In this document: in pieces, positions 1-9,646 of the stretch
Layout of the letters: every line of letters begins with the position of its first letter
Position numbering within the stretch: the first letter of the stretch is position 1
From: Moraxella nasovis
GTDB lineage: Bacteria; Pseudomonadota; Gammaproteobacteria; Pseudomonadales; Moraxellaceae
Assembly (NCBI RefSeq): GCF_022701215.1
Contig: NZ_CP089976.1
Coordinates: forward strand, 120,001-152,000
Direction: 5' to 3'
Length of the DNA stretch: 32,000 nucleotides
Made by a program: the position numbers and the translations under genes
Notes under the pieces: model-generated
What the model was told of the DNA's origin: nothing
Seen by the model: only the letters and a program-made list of their open reading frames with translations
Database searches by the model: none

Positions 1-985
1 GAATTTCAAGTAAACCAAAAATAGAAACACCAGCAGCAATCCCACGTTGTAGCTTTTGATTGACGTCCGTTAAGGCTTTTACAGGGCGAGCCAATAAACC
101 TGCGGCGATTAAAAAGGATGCAAATTTCCCTGCCGTCATACCGCCAAGCACTTCAGGACGTAGCGACAGCCAAATCACAAAGCACATACCAATCGCCATC
201 AATAGCTGAATGAGTGGCGAGTTAATGGCAGCAAGCACGGTAATTTTCATGCCTTTTTCTAAGTTATCCTTAGATGCCTTGATAAAGCGAGCCAATTCAT
301 AATGCTGACCGCCATAGTTTTTGACGACATGATAGCCTGTAATCGCCTCATTGGTGATGTGGCTAACTGATGAGATAGAGTCTTGAATATCAATGGATAA
401 GCTGGCAAATTTCGTAGAAACACGCTTAATCAATAAAAAAATCGGTGGCACAACAATAAGCAACACCAAAGTAAGACGCCAATTGCTATAAAATAAATAA
501 CCAATCAACGCAATGACGGTTAATCCATCTTTTAACAGCGTGGTCAAAGATTCTGTGCTGGCAGCTGTAACTTGCTCAACATCAAAAATCAGCTTAGATG
601 AAATTTTTCCAGAAGGATTGTTAAGATAAAAAGACGATGGTAGTTTTAGCAGTTTCTCAAACACTTCAACTCTAAGCTTATGCACCAAGCTTCGCGCCAT
701 TAATGCAGAATAATAACCACCCAAAAAAGCACCAAGCCCACGAAAGATGAATAATAAAATCACCAAAAAAGGAAACCAAAATTTTCGGGTTTGGTCGTCA
801 TTATTGATGGCATCAATGATGTATTCAAACAGCTTAGCCGAAGAAACTTCCGCTGCAGCTCCAATCGTAAATCCAACAATCACCAAAACAAATGCCCACC
901 AATACGGCGTTAAATAGCCGATTAGACGCAAAAATACTGCAAATTTATCATTTGAATTAAACGATGTAGGCGTAGGCTCTGTCAT
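1..985 (-). CDS. msbA: MsbA-like lipid A/lipid exporter ABC transporter, N-terminal transmembrane half (3' end of the gene runs off the window)
   Basis: The minus-strand frame is open from the window edge to the ATG at 983-985. It is absent from the ORF track because it has no in-window stop. My translation starts MTEPTPTSFNSNDKFAVFLRLIGYLTPYWWAFVLVIVGF and continues with ABC-exporter TM-domain features (e.g. ...ARPVKALTDVNQKLQRGIAAG, compare E. coli MsbA ...LTNVNAQFQRGMAA). Confidence 0.8.
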   Translation of the reverse strand, partial: MTEPTPTSFNSNDKFAVFLRLIGYLTPYWWAFVLVIVGFTIGAAAEVSSAKLFEYIIDAINNDDQTRKFWFPFLVILLFIFRGLGAFLGGYYSALMARSLVHKLRVEVFEKLLKLPSSFYLNNPSGKISSKLIFDVEQVTAASTESLTTLLKDGLTVIALIGYLFYSNWRLTLVLLIVVPPIFLLIKRVSTKFASLSIDIQDSISSVSHITNEAITGYHVVKNYGGQHYELARFIKASKDNLEKGMKITVLAAINSPLIQLLMAIGMCFVIWLSLRPEVLGGMTAGKFASFLIAAGLLARPVKALTDVNQKLQRGIAAGVSIFGLLEI

Positions 986-998
986 ATTATCGCTACAA

Positions 999-2039
999 TT
1001 AAAGTGAGACATTAAGCTGAGCTAACAGTGCACGCAACTCTTCATCATCATGAAAAAAAATCTCCAAACTGCCCTTACCTGTCTTATTTTGTTTAAGCTT
1101 AGTGCTTGCACCAAGCATATCAGAGATTTTTTGATTTAGACGAGTTATCTCGTGTGAATTGACACTGTCAGACTTTAAAGGTTCAGGGTTTAGGATAGAT
1201 TTGACCAGTTTTTCGGCATCTCTGACCGTCATCTTAGCGTCAATGATTTTTTTGGCGATGATGGGCTGCTGCTTCGTGGAGAGTGCCAATAACGTGCGTG
1301 CATGACCCATATCAAGCTGATTGGCTGTCATGTATTCTTTGACGGTGTCATGTAAGTTATTAAGACGTAAAAGATTGGTTACCGTCGCTCTGGCTTTACC
1401 AACAACATCGGCAATCATCGCATGACTCATGCCAAATTCGGTATGAAATCTTTGCAAGGCAACCGCCTGCTCTAAGACGTTCAAATCTTCACGTTGGATA
1501 TTTTCAATGAGTGCCAAGGCAATGGCGATCTCATCAGACAGCACTCGCTCTATGGCAGGGATAAGTTTTAGACCTGCGATTTTTGCTGCTCGCCAGCGTC
1601 TTTCGCCTGCGATGATTTCATGCGTTACTTGATCATTGTTCTTATCTTCGCTGGATAATAACGGGCGAATGACGATAGGCTGCATGACACCGTGCTGCTT
1701 AATAGATTCTGCAAGCTCATTAAGAGCGACTTCATCCATCACTTTGCGTGGTTGATACTTGCCAGACTGTAAGCGATGTGGATCAATATCAATCAACTTG
1801 ACCTGCTCGCCATCTACTGTGATATTGATGTTTTCAAGCTTTTTGGGCTTAGTGGTCTTTTTGGCAGATTTTTCTAAGCTGGCCTTTAACTCTTGAGATT
1901 TTGCAATTTGGGGCTTTTCTTCTTTAGTGGGTGAGTTTTTGTCGTCAAGACTTACCGCTTGAGCGATTTTTTTCTCGGTTTTTACACTATTAATCAGTGC
2001 ATCTAAGCCACGTCTGGCACCAAGTCCACGTTTTTTCAT
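999..2039 (-). CDS. parB: Chromosome partitioning protein ParB (Spo0J family)
   Basis: 346-aa ORF with N-terminus MKKRGLGARRGLDALI and the ParB box IIAGERRWRAAKIAGL, followed by an HTH region. It lies immediately downstream of parA. Confidence 0.95.
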   Translation of the reverse strand: MKKRGLGARRGLDALINSVKTEKKIAQAVSLDDKNSPTKEEKPQIAKSQELKASLEKSAKKTTKPKKLENINITVDGEQVKLIDIDPHRLQSGKYQPRKVMDEVALNELAESIKQHGVMQPIVIRPLLSSEDKNNDQVTHEIIAGERRWRAAKIAGLKLIPAIERVLSDEIAIALALIENIQREDLNVLEQAVALQRFHTEFGMSHAMIADVVGKARATVTNLLRLNNLHDTVKEYMTANQLDMGHARTLLALSTKQQPIIAKKIIDAKMTVRDAEKLVKSILNPEPLKSDSVNSHEITRLNQKISDMLGASTKLKQNKTGKGSLEIFFHDDEELRALLAQLNVSL

Positions 2040-2108
2040 GCTTGATTCTCGCTATATTTTGGCAAATCTATCATCAAAATCATCATTGTAGCACATTTTT
2101 GGCGTGAT

Positions 2109-2924
2109 TTACCATGCAAAGGCGGTGCTGATTTGTGCTTGAGACTGGCTTGGTTCATCAATGCGGTTTAGCACTTCATTCATAAGCTGGTGATAAGCTC
2201 TAGCACCTTTTGATGATTTCTCATAGCCAAATATCGACTGCCCAAAGCTTGGGGCTTCTGCCAGACGTACATTTCTTGGGATAATCGTCTGATACATAAG
2301 ATTGCCAAAGTGCTTTTCAAGCTCATCAGAGACATCTTGGGCAAGCGTATTACGACCATCAAATAAGGTTCGCACGACGCCACGCACATATAAGTCAGGG
2401 TTTAGCTCGCTTAGTTTTTTGATGGTGTCAATCAAGTCCACCACGCCTTCTAGAGCATAATACTCGCACTGCATTGGAATGATAACGCCTTTTGTTGCAC
2501 AAAAAGCATTTACTGTTAAGATAGATAGGCTTGGTGCACAGTCAATCACCACAAAATCATAGTCCATCTTACCTTTTGTAGTAGCTTTTTTAATAGCGTT
2601 TTTTAGTAAAAATGGAGCATCTTCAACTTCTGCTAATGCCATATCAATCCCCGCCAAATCACGGTTTGCACCCACTACATCAATCCCAGAAGATGAAGGG
2701 GTGATGGCTTTTGCTAATGACACGTCATCAATTAGCACATCCGCTGCCGTGTACGTCAGTGCATTTTTATCCACGCCCACACCTGTTGTGGCGTTGCCTT
2801 GTGCATCTAGGTCAATAAGTAGCACTTTTTTATGGGCGATATAATGTAAAGCTGCGGCAAGATTAACAGCGGTTGTGGTTTTACCCACCCCACCTTTTTG
2901 ATTGGCGATTGCGATGATTTCCAT
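2109..2924 (-). CDS. parA: Chromosome partitioning ATPase ParA/Soj
   Basis: 271-aa ORF with the deviant Walker A IANQKGGVGKTTT and ParA/MinD family layout. It is paired with parB. Confidence 0.95.
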   Translation of the reverse strand: MEIIAIANQKGGVGKTTTAVNLAAALHYIAHKKVLLIDLDAQGNATTGVGVDKNALTYTAADVLIDDVSLAKAITPSSSGIDVVGANRDLAGIDMALAEVEDAPFLLKNAIKKATTKGKMDYDFVVIDCAPSLSILTVNAFCATKGVIIPMQCEYYALEGVVDLIDTIKKLSELNPDLYVRGVVRTLFDGRNTLAQDVSDELEKHFGNLMYQTIIPRNVRLAEAPSFGQSIFGYEKSSKGARAYHQLMNEVLNRIDEPSQSQAQISTAFAW

Positions 2925-3017
2925 AAATATTCTGCTTAACTATTTTATTTTTTAGCTGTGATTGGTCAATGTTTATTTAAATGAAGCGTGGCTTTGTAAA
3001 GTAAATTTAATGCTAAA

Positions 3018-3710
3018 TTATATACTTTGTAAATACACCACACAGCGATCGTCACCAAGCTTTGGCACGTTGATAGACTTAGTGCTAATCTGCCATTGCC
3101 GAAGATTTAACCCTTCAACATCAGTAAGCTCTTCATGACTTGGTAGCTTGCCTTTCATGGCATATAACACACCATCACTTGCCAAACAAGGCTCAGCAAG
3201 ACAAACAAAATCTGATAGGCAAGCAAATGCCCTTGAAGTAATGACGTCATAGCTACCCTTAAACATCTCATGATGATTCTCGATACGGCTGGCAACTGGC
3301 GTTACGTTTGATAACCCAATCTCACTGATAATCTGGCGAATAAATCGCACTTTTTTGCTGTTACTATCAAGAGCGGTAATCTGCCAATCAGGGCGTAAAA
3401 TTGCAATAATGACAGATGGCAGCCCCGCCCCTGTTCCAATATCTAAAAGCCTGATGTCTGACTTATCCGCCAATGGCAAATCAGGCACGATTGCCATACA
3501 GTCAAAAATATGCTTGACTAAGGCTTGATGTGGACTGGTAATGGCTGTTAGGTTATAAGCCTTACCCCATAGCAATAAACCGTCTAAATAACGAAGCAAG
3601 GCTTGTACTTGTTCATCACTAAGATGTATGCCAAGCAAACTTGCAGCGGCGATGATTTGTTCGTAAAAATCATCGGCAAAGGGGGCGATTTTTGAGAATT
3701 GTTGCGTCAT
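3018..3710 (-). CDS. rsmG: 16S rRNA (guanine527-N7)-methyltransferase RsmG (GidB)
   Basis: 230-aa ORF with the SAM-binding motif LLDIGTGAGLPS. It sits in the classic gidB-parA-parB arrangement. Confidence 0.9.
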   Translation of the reverse strand: MTQQFSKIAPFADDFYEQIIAAASLLGIHLSDEQVQALLRYLDGLLLWGKAYNLTAITSPHQALVKHIFDCMAIVPDLPLADKSDIRLLDIGTGAGLPSVIIAILRPDWQITALDSNSKKVRFIRQIISEIGLSNVTPVASRIENHHEMFKGSYDVITSRAFACLSDFVCLAEPCLASDGVLYAMKGKLPSHEELTDVEGLNLRQWQISTKSINVPKLGDDRCVVYLQSI

Positions 3711-3833
3711 GTGTTTATGATAAATGCCGTCTTTGATAAATGTCAGAAATTACCTATTTTATCATGCTTTAATCTGCTAAAATAGCGTTAATTTATACCA
3801 TGATAATTTAACAAATTAACTGCCAAGATTTTT

Positions 3834-6287
3834 ATGACTAAACCTGACAACGTCATTGACCAATCATCATTTTATCAGACACTAAAAGATAAGCATAGAC
3901 TTACACCACAAGATGCCAAAAGCTACACAAACCCAGACAACTTAACCAAGGCTTCGACATTTGATAGCACCTTTGGTCAAGCTCGTGCGGTTAAAGCCAT
4001 CAATACCGCACTTGACATTAAGGCTCGTGGTTATCACGTTTTTGCCGTCGGCGAAAATGGGCTTGGCAAGCGTGCCATGGTTACCAATCTGCTAAAAAAT
4101 CGCGCCAATAACGAGCCAACGCCCCCTGACTTAGTTTATGTGCATTGCTTTGACAATCCAAGAAAGCCTGTCGCCCTAACTTTGCCCAGCGGTCAAGGTA
4201 ATACATTTGCTAAGGACGTGCATAAACTTTGGCACACCTTTTATAAAAAGCTTTTGGTAAAATTTGGCAGTATCGGTTATCAAAACACCCTTCAAGCGAT
4301 TAAAGCAGATGGTCAAGCCCAAGAACAGCTGCTCATTGACACCCTAAATAACGCCGCTAAGCCACATAATCTGACACTGCTACCAAACGACTTGGCACTG
4401 CACCAAAGTGCAAAACTAACCGTCATTGATGACAGTATCACCGTCAGCAAATCCGCCCAAACACGGCTACAAAAACAGCTTAATAAGACGCTTATCGCCT
4501 TAGATGACTTAGAAGAACAAATCAACGGACGTATCGATGAGCTACATAAAACAATCGTACAAAAGCTCTGTGAGCCGTTATTTTCACCACTTTTTGAAAA
4601 ATACACAGATAAACCAATCGCCACTTATTTACGCAATTACCAAAATGACATCATCCAAAATGTATTATTTATCGTTGATAATGATGAAAACTTTTTGAAT
4701 AAAACGGTAAATAATATACCCTATCGCTACTTTGTCAACGTACTCGTCAGCCACAGCGACCATCAGCACGCACCCATCATTTATGAAGATATGCCAACTT
4801 ATGCCAACTTATTAGGACATATTGAATACACCACAGAGCTTGGGACGGTGATGACTGATGCTAGCATGATACGAGCAGGAGCTTTACATCGTGCTAATGG
4901 TGGCTATCTACTACTAGAAGCTAGTAGTTTACTTGAGCATCCTTATGCATGGCAAGGGCTAAAAAGTGCCTTGCAATCTCAAAAAATTCGCATGGCAAGC
5001 CTTGAACAAATGCTTACCATGACAGGCTCTGTCTCGCTTGAGCCTGAAGAAGTCGCTCTTGATATAAAGGTCATTTTACTTGGTGAGCCTGATTTGTATT
5101 ATGAACTTTTAGAATTTGAGCCAGAATTTAACGCCCTATTTAAGATTCGTGCCGACTTTGCAGAGACTACCGAACGCAATCTTACAAGCCAAGCTGCCTT
5201 GATTGGCAAAATGACAGACATGATTGCTAAGCAAAAACTGCCTAAATTTGACGACTTGGCATTTGCAGTGATTTTAGATGAACTTTCGGTGCTTGCCGAT
5301 GATAAGCATAAATTTGACTTGCATAGCGATAGACTAATGCAGCTGCTTGTAGAATCATCACGCCATGCTCTGTTAGATGGTAGTGCTTTTGTCAAATCAC
5401 AACACGTTAAATCCACACTTGCCGACATGACCGAACGCAAGGGCTATTTACAAGAGCTGTATTGGCAAGAAATCAAAACAGGCTCTCAAATCATCAAAAC
5501 CAATGGGAAACAAGTGGGACAAATCAACGCCTTAACCGTTGTGGCTTATGCTGATAGCGAGTTTGGCATGCCAGCACGGCTAACTGCCCTAATCGCCCCT
5601 AAATTTGGCTCAGGTGAGATATTAGACATTGAACGAGATGTGGAGCTTGGTGGCAGTTTACACGCCAAAGGTATGCTGATTATGACAAGCTATTTACGCT
5701 CATTATTTAGCGAATTTGTGGAGCTAAACTTTAGTGCGTCCTTAGCATTTGAACAAAGTTACGCCCATATTGATGGCGACAGTGCCACCCTTGCTGAAGC
5801 GTGTGCCTTGTTATCTGCCCTAGCAGATGTTCCCATCTTTCAAAACCTTGCCATTACAGGTAGTATGAATCAATTAGGCGAAGCCCAAGCTGTGGGCGGT
5901 GTCAATGCTAAAATTGCAGGGTTTTTTGATGCATGTGTCGAACAAGGGCTTGATGGTACGCAAGGCGTGATTTTACCCCAAACTAACGTCACCAATCTAA
6001 TGCTAAGAGATGATATCGTGGACGCAGTGGCAGATGGTAAATTTCACCTATATGCTGTAAATCACATCAACGAAGCCTTAAGTTTATTGACTGGTATTGA
6101 TATTAATACCAAGACCAAAAAAGGTCTATATAAGAAAAAAAGCCTGTTTGGTAAAATTTTAAATCGGCTTTATGAATGGGAAGATAAAGAAGATGAAAAA
6201 GCCGATAACAGTAAAGACCAAAACAAAGAACCTAAAAACGACATTAAAGACATTAAAAATGACACACAGGTAGAAAAATCATCATGA
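3834..6287 (+). CDS. Lon-like ATP-dependent protease family protein (AAA-like N-terminal region plus S16 Lon protease domain)
   Basis: 817-aa ORF with a Walker-A-like VGENGLGKR. The C-terminal Lon proteolytic domain has the Ser motif HIDGDSATLAE and a downstream Lys (GGVNAKIAGFF). The last ~45 aa are a K/D/E/N-rich low-complexity tail. Confidence 0.85.
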   Translation: MTKPDNVIDQSSFYQTLKDKHRLTPQDAKSYTNPDNLTKASTFDSTFGQARAVKAINTALDIKARGYHVFAVGENGLGKRAMVTNLLKNRANNEPTPPDLVYVHCFDNPRKPVALTLPSGQGNTFAKDVHKLWHTFYKKLLVKFGSIGYQNTLQAIKADGQAQEQLLIDTLNNAAKPHNLTLLPNDLALHQSAKLTVIDDSITVSKSAQTRLQKQLNKTLIALDDLEEQINGRIDELHKTIVQKLCEPLFSPLFEKYTDKPIATYLRNYQNDIIQNVLFIVDNDENFLNKTVNNIPYRYFVNVLVSHSDHQHAPIIYEDMPTYANLLGHIEYTTELGTVMTDASMIRAGALHRANGGYLLLEASSLLEHPYAWQGLKSALQSQKIRMASLEQMLTMTGSVSLEPEEVALDIKVILLGEPDLYYELLEFEPEFNALFKIRADFAETTERNLTSQAALIGKMTDMIAKQKLPKFDDLAFAVILDELSVLADDKHKFDLHSDRLMQLLVESSRHALLDGSAFVKSQHVKSTLADMTERKGYLQELYWQEIKTGSQIIKTNGKQVGQINALTVVAYADSEFGMPARLTALIAPKFGSGEILDIERDVELGGSLHAKGMLIMTSYLRSLFSEFVELNFSASLAFEQSYAHIDGDSATLAEACALLSALADVPIFQNLAITGSMNQLGEAQAVGGVNAKIAGFFDACVEQGLDGTQGVILPQTNVTNLMLRDDIVDAVADGKFHLYAVNHINEALSLLTGIDINTKTKKGLYKKKSLFGKILNRLYEWEDKEDEKADNSKDQNKEPKNDIKDIKNDTQVEKSS

Positions 6288-6988
6288 CAGTTCAAAATAA
6301 GCCAAAGGTTGCCAAAACTTCCATAACCCCGCCTTCTCGCAAAATGAGCAAGGCAAAAGTTTATCAGTTTTTCCTAAAATTATCCCAAACGATCGATGAG
6401 CCTGTTACTGAGCTAAATTATTCATCTACCTTTGAGCTGCTCATCGCCGTCATGCTCTCTGCCCAAGCCACCGACAAAAGCGTCAATATCGCCACCGACA
6501 AGTTGTTTAAAGTGGCAAACACCCCACAAGCAATCTTAAACTTGGGCGAAGATGGTCTAAAAAGCTACATCAACAGCATCGGACTGTACAACTCAAAAGC
6601 CAAAAATGTCATCAAAACTTGTGCCGATCTCATCAATGAACACCAAGGCGAAGTGCCAAACACCAGAGCTGAACTTGAAGCCTTAGCAGGTGTCGGACGT
6701 AAAACTGCCAACGTGGTCTTAAATACCGCCTTTGGCGAGCCTGTGATGGCAGTAGATACGCATATTTTTAGAGTTGGCAACCGCACAGGGCTTGCCACAG
6801 GTAAGACCGTGCGAGCCGTAGAAGATAAGCTTATGACTGTAATACCGTCACAGTTTTTGGTAGATGCCCATCACTATCTAATACTGCATGGGCGTTATAC
6901 CTGCACCGCACGCCACCCTAAATGCAATGAATGCCCCGTGTTTGATGAGTGTAATTTTAAGGATAAGAAAAAGTGGGCAGAGATTTAA
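6284..6988 (+). CDS. nth: Endonuclease III (DNA-(apurinic/apyrimidinic site) lyase)
   Basis: Strong resemblance to E. coli Nth (ELNYSSTFELLIAVMLSAQATD, HhH-GPD LAGVGRKTANVVL, 4Fe-4S cluster C-x6-C-x2-C-x5-C: CTARHPKCNECPVFDEC). The ATG at 6284 overlaps the upstream stop (ATGA). Alignment to E. coli Nth suggests the real start may be the ATG at 6344 (MSKAKVYQFF). Confidence 0.93.
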   Translation: MTVQNKPKVAKTSITPPSRKMSKAKVYQFFLKLSQTIDEPVTELNYSSTFELLIAVMLSAQATDKSVNIATDKLFKVANTPQAILNLGEDGLKSYINSIGLYNSKAKNVIKTCADLINEHQGEVPNTRAELEALAGVGRKTANVVLNTAFGEPVMAVDTHIFRVGNRTGLATGKTVRAVEDKLMTVIPSQFLVDAHHYLILHGRYTCTARHPKCNECPVFDECNFKDKKKWAEI

Positions 6989-7172
6989 TAACGATTAAAA
7001 AAAATAACTTCATAAAGTTTGAAAACAATTAAATTAAGTATAACTTTACTCAAGGAGTTATAGCATGGCTTTTCTTTAAGTTTAAAAAATATATAAATAA
7101 ATCAAATACAAGCGGTAGATATATACTTAAAAAGAAAAACACAAATTGGCAAAATATTAACCCAAAACTTTT

Positions 7173-7207
7173 AAAAAAATCGGACAGCACCGCCATCCGA
7201 TTTTTTT
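7173..7207. terminator. Bidirectional rho-independent terminator between convergent nth and aldB
   Basis: AAAAAAATCGGA (7173-7184) and TCCGATTTTTTT (7196-7207) are perfectly complementary around an 11-nt loop, with an A-run on one side and a T-run on the other. Confidence 0.6.
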
Positions 7208-7234
7208 ATGTTATGGTTTGATATGATTTTTAAA

Positions 7235-8749
7235 TCAAAAAAATCCCATTGCTTTTGGAGAGTAGCTTACAAGCAAGTTTTTGGTCTGCTGGTAGTGAGA
7301 TAGCATCATTTTATGAGTTTCACGTCCGATACCTGATTTTTTGTAACCACCAAAGGCAGCGTGAGCAGGATAGATGTGATAGCAGTTTGTCCACACACGT
7401 CCCGCTTGGATTGCTCGCCCTGCGCGATAAGCGGTTGTGCCATCACGAGTCCACACGCCTGCACCAAGTCCATACATGGTATCGTTGGCAATTTTCATCG
7501 CCTCATCAAAGTCTTTAAACGTGGTAACCGTCAGCACAGGACCAAAAATCTCATCACGGAACACCTGCATATCGTTTGTGCCTTTAAAGACAGTAGGCTC
7601 GATATAAAAACCGCCGTCTGGATTTTCCTTACGTTCGCCACCACCTGTCAAAAGCTCCGCACCCTCTTTTTGACCGATGTCAATGTATTTTAGGATTTTT
7701 TGTTGCTGCTCGTCAGACGCTTGAGCCCCTATCATGGTGTCAGTATCTAACGGATGTCCTGTTTTTATGTTTTTTACTCTCTCAATGGCTTTTTTGATAA
7801 ACTCATCAGCGATGGACTCATGAACTAGTGCACGAGATGGGCAAGTACACACCTCGCCTTGGTTTAAAGCAAACATGGCAAAACCTTCTAAGGCTTTATC
7901 CAAAAATTCATCATCTTTATCCATCACGTCTGCAAAGAATACATTAGGCGATTTACCACCAAGCTCGAGCGTAACAGGAATGATGTTTTGGGTGGCATAT
8001 TCCATGATTTTTTGCCCAACTTCGGTTGAACCTGTAAACGCCACTTTGGCAATGCGTGGACTGGTTGCAAGCGGCTTACCCACTTCCACACCGCCACCAT
8101 TGACGATGTTTAGCACGCCTTTTGGTAGTAAATCTTCAATCAATTCTACTAAAAACATGATACTTACAGGCGTTTGTTCAGCAGGTTTTAGCACAATGCA
8201 GTTACCCGCTGCCAATGCAGGAGCGATTTTCCATGCTGCCATTAAAATCGGGAAATTCCAAGGGATAATCTGCCCCACCACGCCAATCGGTTCATAAAAA
8301 TGGTATGCCACAGTATCGTGGTCAATATCGCTGATACCCCCTTCTTGGGCTCGAAGACATCCAGCAAAATAGCGAAAATGATCAATCGCCAAAGGAATGT
8401 CGGCAGCAAGCGTCTCACGCACAGGCTTGCCATTTTCCCATGTTTCGGCAATAGCAAGTACTTCTAAATTTTCTTCTAGGCGGTCAGCAATCTTAAGCAG
8501 TAGATTAGAACGCTCTTGTACTGATGTCTTACCCCACGTATCAAACGCCTTATGAGCTGCATCTAAAGCAAGCTCTACATCTTTATGGTTAGAATTTGCA
8601 ACCTTAGCAAACGCTTTACCATCAACTGGTGAGATATCATCAAAATACTGACCATCAACAGGGGCGACCCACTGCCCACCGATAAAATTGTCGTATTTTT
8701 CCTTAAAAGTAACTTTTGATCCTTTAGTATTTGGGTTGGCATAACGCAT
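7235..8749 (-). CDS. aldB: NAD(P)-dependent aldehyde dehydrogenase (AldB/AcoD type)
   Basis: 504-aa ORF, near-colinear with E. coli AldB as I recall it ([58 protein letters not shown], ...[13 protein letters not shown]). Confidence 0.92.
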   Translation of the reverse strand: MRYANPNTKGSKVTFKEKYDNFIGGQWVAPVDGQYFDDISPVDGKAFAKVANSNHKDVELALDAAHKAFDTWGKTSVQERSNLLLKIADRLEENLEVLAIAETWENGKPVRETLAADIPLAIDHFRYFAGCLRAQEGGISDIDHDTVAYHFYEPIGVVGQIIPWNFPILMAAWKIAPALAAGNCIVLKPAEQTPVSIMFLVELIEDLLPKGVLNIVNGGGVEVGKPLATSPRIAKVAFTGSTEVGQKIMEYATQNIIPVTLELGGKSPNVFFADVMDKDDEFLDKALEGFAMFALNQGEVCTCPSRALVHESIADEFIKKAIERVKNIKTGHPLDTDTMIGAQASDEQQQKILKYIDIGQKEGAELLTGGGERKENPDGGFYIEPTVFKGTNDMQVFRDEIFGPVLTVTTFKDFDEAMKIANDTMYGLGAGVWTRDGTTAYRAGRAIQAGRVWTNCYHIYPAHAAFGGYKKSGIGRETHKMMLSHYQQTKNLLVSYSPKAMGFF

Positions 8750-8852
8750 AACAATTTCCTTGTGTTAGTGAATTTATCCGCCCAGCTTCATGTCAAGCGG
8801 ATACGTTTACCATAACTGAAATAACGCCAAAAAGCAAACTATTTTTCATACT

Positions 8853-8881
8853 TTGACAAGCATATTTTGTTTATTTAAAAT
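8853..8881 (+). promoter_or_regulatory. Candidate sigma70 promoter in the aldB/apt divergent spacer
   Basis: TTGACA (8853-8858), 17-nt spacer, TAAAAT (8876-8881). It lies ~200 nt upstream of apt in a very AT-rich spacer, so a chance match is quite possible. A TATAAT at 9049-9054 is an alternative -10 closer to apt. Confidence 0.3.
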
Positions 8882-9084
8882 TGTAATTTATTGATTAACT
8901 AAATTTGTTAAATAAAAGTTTTATAATCTACCGCATTTGACGTGTAGCATTTTATTTTGATATAGTTTTATCGCCATACATACTTTCATACATGGTGTTT
9001 TAGTTTAATATAATAATACTTCATGTTTCGTCTTGCTTGATTTTAGGCTATAATGGTCTGCATTTTGATTAAGGTTTTATTGAT

Positions 9085-9597
9085 ATGAAAAGCAACCATC
9101 CGTTTTGGCAAATTATCCACACCATTCCTAATTTTCCCAAAGAAGGGATTGATTTTTATGACATCACCCCGCTTTTATACAATCACGTCAGTGAGCTTAT
9201 CGATGCACTGCTTGCAGAACTTTCACCAAGCTTATTAGAACAAATTGATTGCTTTGCAGTAACTGAAGCTCGTGGCTTTGTGATTGGAAGTCTGCTATCA
9301 GGACGCACAGGAAAACCGCTTATGCTGATTCGCAAAAAAGGCAAACTGCCACCCCCTGTTTTTAGCGAAAGCTATGGGCTTGAATATGGTGAAGACACGC
9401 TAGAGATTAAGGCAGATTTGCCTATCTCTAACGTATTACTGGTTGATGATGTGCTTGCTACAGGTGGCACGCTAAAGGCAAGTAAAATTCTATGTCAAAA
9501 GGCAGGACATACCGTTTTAGGTGCTTTGGTGCTATTAGATCTTACCAAGTTGCATGGGGATATTGGCATGCCATCTTATCATGTCATGAGTGCCTAA
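9085..9597 (+). CDS. apt: Adenine phosphoribosyltransferase
   Basis: 170-aa ORF with IHTIPNFPKEGIDFYDITPLL (compare Apt [21 protein letters not shown]) and the PRPP-binding loop VLLVDDVLATGGT. Confidence 0.9.
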   Translation: MKSNHPFWQIIHTIPNFPKEGIDFYDITPLLYNHVSELIDALLAELSPSLLEQIDCFAVTEARGFVIGSLLSGRTGKPLMLIRKKGKLPPPVFSESYGLEYGEDTLEIKADLPISNVLLVDDVLATGGTLKASKILCQKAGHTVLGALVLLDLTKLHGDIGMPSYHVMSA

Positions 9598-9603
9598 AAA
9601 AAA

Positions 9604-9631
9604 TAAACCCCAATGAGCTGGGGTTTATTTT
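9604..9631. terminator. Rho-independent terminator between convergent apt and the permease gene
   Basis: TAAACCCCA (9604-9612) pairs with TGGGGTTTA (9619-9627) around a 6-nt loop. It is followed by TTTT and preceded by an A-run. Confidence 0.65.
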
Positions 9632-9646
9632 ATGGGTAAAAACATC

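Noticed and set aside
999-3017. Search for a parS site (TGTTNCACGTGAAACA-type palindrome) in and around parAB
   Set aside because: I found only half-site-like fragments (for example GTTTCACGT at ~7317-7325 inside aldB, and TCCACGT near 2024-2030). No full 16-bp palindrome is visible, so no parS is called.
4313-5440. Antisense ORFs 4313-4624 and 5099-5440 inside the Lon-like protease gene
   Set aside because: They are fully nested opposite a long, well-supported CDS. They are Ser/Cys/Leu-rich, typical of antisense translation of an AT-moderate gene, and show no motifs.
3834-6287. Lon-like protease as BrxL of a BREX defence system
   Set aside because: No PglX methyltransferase, PglZ, BrxA/B/C or any other defence gene is adjacent, and the flanks are rsmG and nth. 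It is more consistent with a housekeeping Lon-family protease.
7051-7079. Strong SD (AAGGAG) followed 8 nt later by ATG GCT TTT CTT TAA (4-codon mini-ORF) in the nth-aldB spacer
   Set aside because: No downstream plus-strand gene exists for a leader peptide to regulate, because aldB is convergent. It may be a remnant of a lost gene start or pure chance.
7249-8457. Five nested ORFs (both strands) inside aldB, plus similar nested ORFs in parA (2180-2389) and nth (6565-6798)
   Set aside because: All overlap CDSs with near-complete family-level matches. The alternative frames have no recognisable domains or start signals.
8775-8803. 7-bp inverted repeat TATCCGC-N15-GCGGATA in the aldB 5' leader
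   Set aside because: It is a short stem with a large loop. It could be an operator or a leader hairpin, but nothing in the sequence discriminates this from chance, so I am not reporting it as a feature.
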